A DNA stretch of 64,000 nucleotides from an uncultured Actinomycetes bacterium (lineage in GTDB: Bacteria; Actinomycetota; Coriobacteriia; Anaerosomatales; PHET01): contig CAVYQS010000012.1 in the NCBI GenBank assembly GCA_963770765.1, positions 254,173 through 318,172 on the forward strand, in the 5' to 3' direction. This document shows, in pieces, positions 17,753-26,500 of the stretch (the first letter of the stretch is position 1; every line of letters begins with the position of its first letter). The notes below the pieces were generated by a model that did no database searches, was not told the origin of the DNA, and was given only the letters and a program-made list of their open reading frames with translations. Both the position numbers and the translations under genes were made by a program.

Positions 17753-19423
17753 TCACACGACGACTCTGAGAATCTCCTCGATCGATGTCTGACCGAGCAG
17801 CACCTTCGCGAAACCGTCGTCGCGCAACGAGAGCATGCCCTCCGACGCGGCCTTCGCAGCCAGCCGATCCGCCGACGCCCGCTCTACCGTCAAGCGCTCG
17901 AGCTCATCGGACATCGACAGGACCTCGTGTATGCCCATCCGCCCCTTGTAACCGATACCCCCGCACTTCTTGCACCCACGCGCGCGATAGAGCTTGGGCA
18001 TGCGGGCCTCGCTGTAGGGGAATCCGATACGATCGAGAGCCGCGGGTTCCGGTGTGTACGACTCCTTGCAGTCGCCGCACAGGCGCCGAGCCAGCCGCTG
18101 GGCGACGACCAACGTCACGGCTGAAGCAGTCAGGAACGGCTCGATGCCCATCTCGGTGAGCCGGGTGATCGCCGACGGTGCATCGTTGGTATGCAGCGTC
18201 GAGAGCACCAGGTGTCCCGTGAGCGCGGCTTCGATGGCGATCGTTCCGGTCTCCCGGTCACGGATCTCGCCGATCATCACCTTGTCAGGGTCCTGGCGCA
18301 GGATCGAGCGCAGCGCAGCGGCGAAAGTCAGCCCCGCCTTCTCGTTGACGTGCACCTGGGACAAGCCCCCGAGACGGTACTCCACAGGGTCTTCGACCGT
18401 GATCAGGTTCGCCCGTGGATCGTTGGTCTCGTTGATCGCCGCATACAGGGTCGTGGACTTGCCGGAGCCGGTGGGGCCGGTGACCAGGATGGCCCCGTAC
18501 GGCAGGGCCAGCGCTCCCAACAGCAACTGCATGTTCTGCTCGAGGAAGCCGAGATCCTTCAGCGACATCATGATGGAGTCTTTCCGAAGCAGACGCATGA
18601 CGGCGAGCTCGCCATGGACCAGCGGTAGGGTGGCCACGCGAAAGTCGACCGACTTGCCGTCGAGCACGACCCCGAAGCGCCCGTCGAGGGGGATGCGCCT
18701 CTCGGCGATGTCCATGCCCGAGTTGATCTTGAGTCGGCTGATGAGCTGCCGGTGGAGGTTCTTGGGTGCCGTCAGGATCTCGCGGCACACCCCGTCGATC
18801 CGGTAGCGGACCCGCATCTCGTGTTCGTGTGGCTCGATGTAGATGTCGCCCGCGCCTTGCCGGATGGCATCGGTCACGATCTGGTTCATGAGCTTGGCGA
18901 CGGTTGAGTCCTCTCCGACCTCTTCACCGTCAGCGTCGCCCTCGTCTCGCGACACTCCCTCGAGATCACCGAGCATGTCCTCGACGTTCGTCTGGCTCGT
19001 CGTGAAGCGGTCGATTGCTGCGAGGATGTCACTCTCCGTCGCCACCACGGCCCTGATGTCCAGACGCGTGACGATGCGCAGGTCGTCGATAGCGAAGATG
19101 TTCGCGGGGTCCGCCATCGCGACGATGAGTTCGCTGTTCTCGACCTTGACCGGAAGGACGACGTGCTTGCGCATCAGCTCCATCGGAACGAGCGTCGCGG
19201 CGTTGGGGTCGATGTCGTATGAGGCGACGTCGACGAACGCGAGTCCCATCTGCTCCGCCACCACCTGGGCCACCTGGTTGCCGCTCACGTAGCCGAGGTC
19301 CTCGAGAACGCCCGGCAGCGTGCGGCCGGCGGCCTGATCCATCGCTTCGACGAGCTGCTCCTCTGTGATGAGGTCGGCTCTGAGCAGCATGCGCCCGAGT
19401 CGCTGCATCGATGCGACGGACAT
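17753..19423 (-). CDS. GspE/PilB-family ATPase, paralogue 2
   Basis: The ORF 17753..19789 is trimmed to the ATG at 19423 (MSVASMQRLGRMLL...), which overlaps the aroE stop (TGATG). The upstream 122 codons are Arg/Pro-rich shadow. It has a T2SSE_N domain, GPTGSGKST, MIGEIRD, LTGHLVLSTLH and CGDC...CKKC. Length 556 aa, the same as paralogue 1. Confidence 0.85.
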   Translation of the reverse strand: MSVASMQRLGRMLLRADLITEEQLVEAMDQAAGRTLPGVLEDLGYVSGNQVAQVVAEQMGLAFVDVASYDIDPNAATLVPMELMRKHVVLPVKVENSELIVAMADPANIFAIDDLRIVTRLDIRAVVATESDILAAIDRFTTSQTNVEDMLGDLEGVSRDEGDADGEEVGEDSTVAKLMNQIVTDAIRQGAGDIYIEPHEHEMRVRYRIDGVCREILTAPKNLHRQLISRLKINSGMDIAERRIPLDGRFGVVLDGKSVDFRVATLPLVHGELAVMRLLRKDSIMMSLKDLGFLEQNMQLLLGALALPYGAILVTGPTGSGKSTTLYAAINETNDPRANLITVEDPVEYRLGGLSQVHVNEKAGLTFAAALRSILRQDPDKVMIGEIRDRETGTIAIEAALTGHLVLSTLHTNDAPSAITRLTEMGIEPFLTASAVTLVVAQRLARRLCGDCKESYTPEPAALDRIGFPYSEARMPKLYRARGCKKCGGIGYKGRMGIHEVLSMSDELERLTVERASADRLAAKAASEGMLSLRDDGFAKVLLGQTSIEEILRVVV

Positions 19424-20313
19424 CAGAACCTCCCCGCTGCGCGAGCGGCGAGTTCGACCTCGGCTGCCGCGCGCATGACATCTCGAGGGGCGTGGCGTTG
19501 GGTGTTCGGGTCCCAGATGTCTATGGTGATGGCGCCTTGGGCGACGAGCATCCCCAGCCCATCCAATGCGAGGGCCCCGGCTGCCAAAGACTCGCTCACG
19601 AGCGCGGTCGGCTGTGCCCGGCCATAGACCATGTCGTAGACGACTTGACCCGGGCCGACGACGTGGGCGGGAATCGGGCTCGGGTCGCCGGCGGACATCC
19701 CCAGCGGAGTCGTATTGACGACCAAGGACGCAGAGGCGATCGCGCCTGTGGCATCCTCGAACGCGCAGGCCTGGGCCTCGACCGCGCACAGGTGCGACGC
19801 CATGCGGTCGATGAGTGCTGCAGCGGAAGCGACGTTGCGGCTCACAAGGGTTATCTTTGCCGCTCTCGCGAGGATGAACGCGACGAACGCTGCGCCTGCG
19901 GCGCCTCCCGACCCGAGGATCACCACCTCGGTGCCCGCGACGTTGAGCCCGGCCTCGCGCTCGAGCGCCTCGAGCAGACCCCTGCCGTCGGTGTTGTACC
20001 CGACGATGGTGCCCTCCGAGATGTGGATGGTGTTCACGGCACCCGCCATGCTCGCAGCGGCTGCCACCTGGTCACAAAGGTCCAAGACGGCCACCTTGTA
20101 CGGCATGGTGACATTGAATCCCACGATGGAAAGCGAGGGCGCAGCCGCCACCAGGCGACGCAGACCCGCCTCGTCCTCCACCTGCAGCGGCACGTAGACC
20201 CAGTCGAGGCCCAGCTCCTCATAGGCGGCGTTATGCATCGCCGGCGAGAGCGTGTGGGCAAGTGGATTGCCGATCACCGCAGCGAGTCGTGTCGTGCCCT
20301 TGATCGTGATCAT
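19423..20313 (-). CDS. aroE: Shikimate dehydrogenase
   Basis: 296 aa with AVIGNPLAHTLSPAMHNAA, FNVTMPYK, NTDG and GSGGAAGA. Confidence 0.9.
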   Translation of the reverse strand: MITIKGTTRLAAVIGNPLAHTLSPAMHNAAYEELGLDWVYVPLQVEDEAGLRRLVAAAPSLSIVGFNVTMPYKVAVLDLCDQVAAAASMAGAVNTIHISEGTIVGYNTDGRGLLEALEREAGLNVAGTEVVILGSGGAAGAAFVAFILARAAKITLVSRNVASAAALIDRMASHLCAVEAQACAFEDATGAIASASLVVNTTPLGMSAGDPSPIPAHVVGPGQVVYDMVYGRAQPTALVSESLAAGALALDGLGMLVAQGAITIDIWDPNTQRHAPRDVMRAAAEVELAARAAGRF

Positions 20314-20347
20314 CAGGCGGCTCTCCTGGTCGTCCGACGTATCGAGT

Positions 20348-20836
20348 CTATGCCACCGGTTCGCGCCCAGCCAGCAACCGTCGCTCGAGCCTGCGCAGTA
20401 CGAGCGTGTGCGGAAGGTCCGATTTCGAGATCGGCGTCACCAGGATCGTTGTCAGTCCCAGCAGCTTGCCCCCGGCGATGTCCGTGAACATCTGGTCACC
20501 GACGACGGCAGCTCGTTTGCGGGTCGACCCCAACCGCTTCAGTGCTATCCAGAACGCGAACGGCAGAGGCTTCACGGCCTTTGCGACCAAGGCGAAACCG
20601 AGTTCCTTGGCCACGCCCGCAACGCGCTCATGCCAGTTGTTGGAGACAATGCACACTCGAAAGCCGTGATCATCGAGCAGGCTTGCCCATGCTCGTGCTG
20701 ACTCGGTCACCGTCTCTGAGTTTCGAGGCAGCAACGTGTTGTCCAGATCCACGAGCAGCGTGTCGACCCCGCGTTCTCGCAGATCGGCGAGGTCGATGGA
20801 GGCGACCGACTCATAGTAGTAGTCAGGCGAGAGCAC
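20348..20836 (-). CDS. yqeG: YqeG-family HAD-IIIA phosphatase
   Basis: 162 aa with LLVDLDNTLLPRN (DxDxT), IVSNN and VGDQMFTDIAGG. It is adjacent to aroE, as in Firmicutes. Confidence 0.8.
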   Translation of the reverse strand: MLSPDYYYESVASIDLADLRERGVDTLLVDLDNTLLPRNSETVTESARAWASLLDDHGFRVCIVSNNWHERVAGVAKELGFALVAKAVKPLPFAFWIALKRLGSTRKRAAVVGDQMFTDIAGGKLLGLTTILVTPISKSDLPHTLVLRRLERRLLAGREPVA

Positions 20837-21522
20837 TAGTGGTCCTGCTTTCCGTCACCATCGTGGTCATGATCACCGATCTCGGACCCGTGCGAACGCA
20901 GCTGCGCCAGTCGCGCCTCTATGGCAGGGACTGCCTGAGGGGCCTCCAACGCAACCAAGACGCCCCGCATCGTCGCCAGGCCCTCGTACTCGACCTCCTC
21001 GTTCGGCCAGACCGTGCCGGGGGCAAGACCGTTGCTGACGCTCTGAAGCGCCTCGAGCCGGCTGCCCTCCGGATCATGTATGAGGAGGAGCTGTGCGAGG
21101 TTCGAGTGCATGATCCCGGAGTTCGGGTTGTTTGCGGTGCCCTCTCTCGCGATCTCGAGTCCCTGTTCCTCCCCCACCTTCCGAAAGATGATGTAGGAGG
21201 ATACCTGATAGGCCTGTGTGAACTGCGGGTCGAGTGCGACGACGAGCCGCATCGTCGGCATCATGAAGTCCAGGTCCTTGAGCTGCCTGTCGTGGTAGTA
21301 CTCGTGGAACTGCGGGTCCAGCCGGTTCCACAATGCTGCGGCTGCGAACGTCCTGATGCCGCTGAGGTAGGCGAAACCCGTCCGCCCGATCACGCGTCCC
21401 GTGTCTGCGACCCCTGCCGAGGGGGCGGTGGCGGCAGCAACCCACTGCCCTGCCAGCAGAATCGCTACCACGAACACCGCTGTGACGGCGACCCATCGGT
21501 TCACCGACGTGTCGGCCGCCAT
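20836..21522 (-). CDS. Membrane-anchored hypothetical protein with a His/Asp-rich C-terminus, coupled to the ABC-2 transporter
   Basis: The ORF 20836..21684 is trimmed to the ATG at 21522, which overlaps the permease stop. It begins MAADTSVNRWVAVTAVFVVAILLAG... and ends HGSEIGDHDHDGDGKQDH. Confidence 0.6.
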   Translation of the reverse strand: MAADTSVNRWVAVTAVFVVAILLAGQWVAAATAPSAGVADTGRVIGRTGFAYLSGIRTFAAAALWNRLDPQFHEYYHDRQLKDLDFMMPTMRLVVALDPQFTQAYQVSSYIIFRKVGEEQGLEIAREGTANNPNSGIMHSNLAQLLLIHDPEGSRLEALQSVSNGLAPGTVWPNEEVEYEGLATMRGVLVALEAPQAVPAIEARLAQLRSHGSEIGDHDHDGDGKQDH

Positions 21523-22259
21523 CACAGATCCCGCCTCATGAACGCCACAGACCCCGCACCGAGCAGCAGAACGGACCATGCCGCGAAGACGAGCAGCATC
21601 GAAAGGGCGTACGCCAGGCCGTAACCGTCTCCATGCGCGACGGGGTTGATCACGTTGAAGACATCGAGAGAAGGTACGTACCATGGCGCCGCTGCGTCAC
21701 TGCTCCCACTGGTGAAGAGCGAACCCACCGAGTGACCGACGAACGTGAACGCGAGCGATGCGGCGATGGTGGTGACCACACCGACCCGTGTCGAGACCAT
21801 CACCGCGAACGCCATGAGCACGCCCATCTCGAGCCAGATCGCGAGCCCGGCCTGAAGCACCTGGGGCATCGCCTCTCGATACACGAAAGCACCTACCGCG
21901 ATGACCGTGAGTGAGAACACGAACACCGAGACTCCCACGACCACACACATACCGAGCCATGTACCTACGATGTAATGCCACCGGCGCACATCCCGCGCGA
22001 GCACGTTGAACACCGTTCGTCGCTCGACTTCGATCGGAACCCTCGTGGCAGACAATGCCAGGGCGACGACGAACGCCGCCACGAACATGAGCGCGATCGA
22101 GACCTCCCGGAACACCGAGCCCACCACGCCCACGCCGTAGCTGGGCAACGAGGGAATGACCAGCGCCATCAAGCCGGCGAACAAGATCACGACCCAGACG
22201 ACCTTGCGCCGAATCGCGTCGAGCACGACCGACGAAGCGATTGTCAGCAGAGGCCTCAT
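21522..22259 (-). CDS. ABC-2 type transporter permease
   Basis: 245 aa with about 6 TM segments. It overlaps the ATPase gene by 4 nt. Confidence 0.7.
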   Translation of the reverse strand: MRPLLTIASSVVLDAIRRKVVWVVILFAGLMALVIPSLPSYGVGVVGSVFREVSIALMFVAAFVVALALSATRVPIEVERRTVFNVLARDVRRWHYIVGTWLGMCVVVGVSVFVFSLTVIAVGAFVYREAMPQVLQAGLAIWLEMGVLMAFAVMVSTRVGVVTTIAASLAFTFVGHSVGSLFTSGSSDAAAPWYVPSLDVFNVINPVAHGDGYGLAYALSMLLVFAAWSVLLLGAGSVAFMRRDL

Positions 22260-23218
22260 GGGCGCCCACCCGCTTCAGTACCCGCGTCGAGCAACCGCGC
22301 GAAGTAGTCCTCAAGGCTGTCGCGCTTGGGCGCAAGCGAATCGAGCCTCCAGCCCGCATCGTCGATCGCCTCGACCACCCGCCGGACATCGCCCTCTCCG
22401 ACGCTCAAGGTCCACGATCCATCCAGCTGCATCATGTCAGTCGCAATCTGCCTGATCTGTGCGGGAAGCTCGCCTTCGCCGCGCAGCTTGACGTTCACCT
22501 GGCCGCGGACGTTGAGCAGGTCGTCGATGTGGCCGAGCGCCGCGACTCGTCCTCTGTTGAGGATGGTCACCTCGTCACAGACGGCCTCGACCTCTGAGAG
22601 TTGGTGAGACGACAACAGGATCGTGGTCCCCCGTTCTCGCAGGCCCAGCATCAGGTTCCGCACGTCTCTTTGCCCCACCGGATCGAGTCCGGACGCCGGC
22701 TCATCGAGGACCACGACCCTGGGCTGGCCGAGAAGTGCCTGCGCCAATCCGAGGCGTTGGAGCATGCCGCGCGAGAAGCGCGAGAGCAGGTCTCTCGAAC
22801 GGCCCTCAAGCCCGACACTCTCGAGCAAAGCGGGCGTCTGATCGGCGATCTGGGCGCGTGGCATCCCGGCGAGCCGTCCGTACAGCCTCATCGCCTCACC
22901 GGCGGTGAGCTGTGTCGGAAAATAGGGTTGCTCGGGAAGGAAGCCGAGAGCAGCGCGAGCGCCTGGCCGGTTCGCCGGCGTTCCGAGGATCTCGAACCTG
23001 CCCGCGCTGGGACTCACGAGTCCCAGCAGCATCTTCAGGGTGGTCGTCTTACCTGCTCCGTTGGGACCGAGAAGGCCGTGTATCGCGCCGACGGACACGG
23101 ACAGCGAGACATCCGAGACCGCCTCGGGGCGGCCAACCGCGGTGTTTCCGTACGCCTTGCGCGCATGCTCTATCAGCAGGGCCGGCGATCCGGAGGACCG
23201 CGCGGATTCGTCGCTCAT
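22256..23218 (-). CDS. ABC transporter ATP-binding protein
   Basis: 320 aa with GPNGAGKTT (Walker A), LSRGMLQRLGLAQAL (signature-like), VVVLDEP (Walker B) and SSHQL (H-loop). Confidence 0.9.
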   Translation of the reverse strand: MSDESARSSGSPALLIEHARKAYGNTAVGRPEAVSDVSLSVSVGAIHGLLGPNGAGKTTTLKMLLGLVSPSAGRFEILGTPANRPGARAALGFLPEQPYFPTQLTAGEAMRLYGRLAGMPRAQIADQTPALLESVGLEGRSRDLLSRFSRGMLQRLGLAQALLGQPRVVVLDEPASGLDPVGQRDVRNLMLGLRERGTTILLSSHQLSEVEAVCDEVTILNRGRVAALGHIDDLLNVRGQVNVKLRGEGELPAQIRQIATDMMQLDGSWTLSVGEGDVRRVVEAIDDAGWRLDSLAPKRDSLEDYFARLLDAGTEAGGRP

Positions 23219-23439
23219 CTACCGAAGACCTCCTTGGACTCCTTCGTGGCATTGAGGAAATCGGCCGTGTTCGCGGCGTATGTCTGACTTCCATCCTCGC
23301 CTGTCAGCACGTAGTAGATGCAATCGGTATCGGCAGGCGGGCCCGCCGTCTTCAGCGATACGGTCTCCGGGTTCGAGATCGGACCGGGTGGCCGCGCCCC
23401 TCGCGAGCGCATGTCTCGGTGGTGCTGCATCCGCTGCAC
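23215..23439 (-). pseudogene. mltG: C-terminal remnant of endolytic transglycosylase MltG (YceG)
   Basis: The 74-codon ORF begins at the ruvX stop. ...RPPGPISNPETVSLKTAGPPADTDCIYYVLTGEDGSQTYAANTADFLNATKE matches the conserved MltG C-terminus (PPGPI.NPG...A...P......YFV....G.h.F..t..eh). There is no room for the ~270 N-terminal residues (TM anchor and catalytic Glu). Confidence 0.5.
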
Positions 23440-23867
23440 TACCCCTGTCGCGGTCTGGAGGCCCTCTCATCGATGTAGGTCTGGAGGAACAGGGAGGCGG
23501 CGATCATGTCCACCGAACCGCGCATCGCCCTCTCGGTCTCGCCCGACTCTCGCATGCGCCTCTTGGCCTCAGCCGAGGAGAGCCGTTCGTCTGCGAAGTC
23601 GATGGGCACGTCGAGGTGGCTTGTCATGCGCTGAGCCAAGGCGAGTACGCGACGGGCCTGGGGGCCCCGTTCGCCCTCGAGCGTGAGCGGCAATCCCACG
23701 ACCACGAGTCCGACCTCGTACTCCGCAACGATCCGGGCGAGTTCGACGCCGTCCCGCTGCGCCGCCGTCGAATCGATCACCGCCAGCGGCGTCGCCACCC
23801 GCCCGGCCGGATCCGAGATCGCCACGCCGACGCGCTTCTCGCCGATGTCCAGAGCCAGCACCCTCAC
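23439..23867 (-). CDS. ruvX: Holliday junction resolvase-like / pre-16S rRNA nuclease RuvX (YqgF)
   Basis: 142 aa starting MRVLALDIGEKRVGVAISDP.... It lies directly after alaS. Confidence 0.9.
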   Translation of the reverse strand: MRVLALDIGEKRVGVAISDPAGRVATPLAVIDSTAAQRDGVELARIVAEYEVGLVVVGLPLTLEGERGPQARRVLALAQRMTSHLDVPIDFADERLSSAEAKRRMRESGETERAMRGSVDMIAASLFLQTYIDERASRPRQG

Positions 23868-23875
23868 GTCAGGGC

Positions 23876-26500
23876 CTACTCGATACCAAGAAGACCCCGC
23901 GCCGTCCCGAGGGCCTCATCGATGCGGGTGGCGTCTTCTCCGCCACCCTGAGCCATCGCTGGCTTCCCACCGCCGCGCCCCGCGAGCACCGGAGCGATCC
24001 CCCGCACGATCGCACCAGCGTCGAACCCGGCCGCGACAGCGGTATCGGAGCCCGCAGCGATGAAGATCGGCTTGCCCGTTTCCACGTCGGTCGCCACGAG
24101 GACGACCGCGTCCGCTCCACGCGCACGCAGAATGTCCCAGACACCTCTCAGTCCCGACGCGCGCAGGTTCGGTGCTGTGTCCACAAGCACCTTGTAACCT
24201 GCGACCTCGACGAGATGGTCGACGAGGGCGGCGATCTCGTTACCCGAGACGGCCTCCTTGACCCTGTCGGCCGAGCCTTCGAGTTCCTTGACTCGCCTGA
24301 CCAGCATCGCGGACCTCTCGGCGACGTCCCTGGGTGGCACGCGCATCACGTCGGCAGCCTGCGACAGCTCGGTCTCCTCGGCCCTGATCAGCTCGTACGC
24401 TCCGTAGCTGGTGACGGCCTCGATGCGCCGCAGGTTCGCACCGACGGAGCTCTCCGAGACGATCTTGAGCAGGCCGATCTCGGTGGTCGCCGCGATGTGC
24501 GTCCCACCACACAGCTCTTTCGAGAAGTTGCCGACCTCGAGCACGCGTACGAAGTCCCCGTACTTCTCACCGAACAGAGCGGTCACGCCCGACTCGCGGG
24601 CCGTCGCGATCGAGGTCTCGTAAGCGCGCACCGGATGATTCTCGAAGATCTTGGCGTTGACCATCCGCTCGACCTTGTCGATCTGATCGCGAGTCATCGC
24701 CTCGAAGTTGGTGAAGTCGAAACGCAGCCGCTCCGGCGAGACGCTCGATCCCGCCTGGGTGGCGTGCTCCCCCAGCACCAGCCGAAGCGCCCAGTGAAGC
24801 AGGTGGGTCGCCGTGTGGTTGCGGCGGATGCGCTCGCGCCGGTTCACGTCGATAGCGGCGCGAACCTCGTCACCCACACGAAGCTCGCCCGCTTCAACGA
24901 CCGCGCTGTGGACGTACAGGCCGGGCTCGGGTATGCGGGTGTCGGTCACCCGCAGCCGGGCTCCGTTCGATGACTCCATGACTCCGGTGTCACCGACCTG
25001 GCCGCCCTGCTCGCCATAGAAGGGGGTGCTGTCGAGCACGACCTCCACCGCGACTCCCTCGGTGGCGACGTCGGCGCGCGCGCCGCCGATCACAAGGCCG
25101 ATCACGACGCTGTCCGAGACATCCGACTCGTAGCCGACGAACTCCGTGGCCCCGAATGCCTGCGCGATATCGGAGAGCGCCCCGCCGTACGCCTTCCACG
25201 AGTCGTCTTTGACATGCGAGCGCGCGCGCGTTCGCTGCGCCTCCATCTCGGTGTGGAACGAGCTCTCATCTACCGAGAAGCCCTTCTCGGCGGCTATCTC
25301 GGCGGTCAGCTCGAAGGGAAAGCCGTACGTGTCGTGCAGGGCGAACGCGACGCGGCCGTCGAGGGTGCCCGTAGCCTGTAGCCCGGCGAGCTCGGTCTCG
25401 AGGAAGCTCATCCCCGTCTTGAGGGTCACGCCGAAGCGCTCCTCTTCGCTCGAGACGATACGGCCGATGAGATCGCTGTGCTCGACGATCTCAGGATAGG
25501 CCTGACCCATGTTCTCGATCACGAAGTCGACGAGCCGGTTCAGGAACGGGTCTTCGACGCCGAGCAGCCGCCCGTGCCTCACGGCGCGGCGCAGCAGCCG
25601 TCTGAGCACGTAGCCGCGACCTTCGTTGGAGGGCAGGATTCCGTCGGCGATCATGAACGTCACCGCGCGGGCGTGATCGGCGATGATCCGCAATGAAGTG
25701 TCGTTGCGGCCGCCGTGCCCGTACGAGACACCGGTGATTCCCTCGGCCAGAGCCATGAGTCCGCGCAGGATGTCGGTCTCGAAGTTGGACTGCACGCCTT
25801 GAAGGATCGCGGCGATGCGCTCAAGACCCATGCCCGTGTCGATGTTCTGCTTCGGGAGCGGGAGCAGCTCGCCGTCGGCCTGACGGTCGTATTGCATGAA
25901 CACGAGGTTCCAGTACTCGAGGTACCGGTCGCAGTCGCATCCCGGGGCGCAGTCGGCCGAACCGCAGCCGAGTTCGGGGCCCTGATCGTAGTAGAGCTCC
26001 GAGCACGGTCCGCACGGGCCGGTCGGACCCGCACTCCAGAAGTTGTCCTTGGCCCCCATACGCACGATCCGCTCGGCAGGCACGCCGGACTCCTCGAGCC
26101 AGAGCGCTTCGGCCTCATCGTCGTCCTCGTAGATGGAGGCCCAGATCCTGTCGGTGTCGAGACCGAGAACATCGGCGGAGTACTCCCAGGACCAGCGGAT
26201 GGCTTCACGTTTGAAGTAATCGCCGAAACTGAAGTTGCCCAGCATCTCGAAGAAACTGTGATGGCGACCCGTGGTGCCGATGATGTCGATGTCGGTGGTG
26301 CGAACGCACTTCTGCACGGTGGTGGCACGAGTGAAGCCCAAGTCCTGGACGCCGAGGAACACCGGCTTGAACTGGACCATTCCCGCCGTGGTCAAGAGCA
26401 GCGAAGGATCGTCCGGGATGAGCGAAGAGCTGGGCCAGCGGCGAGACCCCTTGCTCTCGAAGAATGAGAGGAAGCTCTCACGGATCTCTGCGGAATTCAC
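23876..26500 (-). CDS. alaS: Alanine--tRNA ligase
   Basis: 874 aa with FFESKGS, TTAGM, FEMLGNFSFGDYFK, the editing-domain HTATHLLH and a C-terminal DHHA1-like region. Confidence 0.97.
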   Translation of the reverse strand: MNSAEIRESFLSFFESKGSRRWPSSSLIPDDPSLLLTTAGMVQFKPVFLGVQDLGFTRATTVQKCVRTTDIDIIGTTGRHHSFFEMLGNFSFGDYFKREAIRWSWEYSADVLGLDTDRIWASIYEDDDEAEALWLEESGVPAERIVRMGAKDNFWSAGPTGPCGPCSELYYDQGPELGCGSADCAPGCDCDRYLEYWNLVFMQYDRQADGELLPLPKQNIDTGMGLERIAAILQGVQSNFETDILRGLMALAEGITGVSYGHGGRNDTSLRIIADHARAVTFMIADGILPSNEGRGYVLRRLLRRAVRHGRLLGVEDPFLNRLVDFVIENMGQAYPEIVEHSDLIGRIVSSEEERFGVTLKTGMSFLETELAGLQATGTLDGRVAFALHDTYGFPFELTAEIAAEKGFSVDESSFHTEMEAQRTRARSHVKDDSWKAYGGALSDIAQAFGATEFVGYESDVSDSVVIGLVIGGARADVATEGVAVEVVLDSTPFYGEQGGQVGDTGVMESSNGARLRVTDTRIPEPGLYVHSAVVEAGELRVGDEVRAAIDVNRRERIRRNHTATHLLHWALRLVLGEHATQAGSSVSPERLRFDFTNFEAMTRDQIDKVERMVNAKIFENHPVRAYETSIATARESGVTALFGEKYGDFVRVLEVGNFSKELCGGTHIAATTEIGLLKIVSESSVGANLRRIEAVTSYGAYELIRAEETELSQAADVMRVPPRDVAERSAMLVRRVKELEGSADRVKEAVSGNEIAALVDHLVEVAGYKVLVDTAPNLRASGLRGVWDILRARGADAVVLVATDVETGKPIFIAAGSDTAVAAGFDAGAIVRGIAPVLAGRGGGKPAMAQGGGEDATRIDEALGTARGLLGIE

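Noticed and set aside
17753-19789. N-terminal extensions of many track ORFs: pilB2 at 678 aa, queA at 507 aa, secD at 520 aa, tgt at 442 aa, queH, ruvC, yebC, hisS, cspA and others.
   Set aside because: The extensions are Arg/Pro-rich and overlap the upstream gene. They precede an internal Met, Val or Leu start that has a Shine-Dalgarno sequence or stop/start overlap and matches family-typical N-termini.
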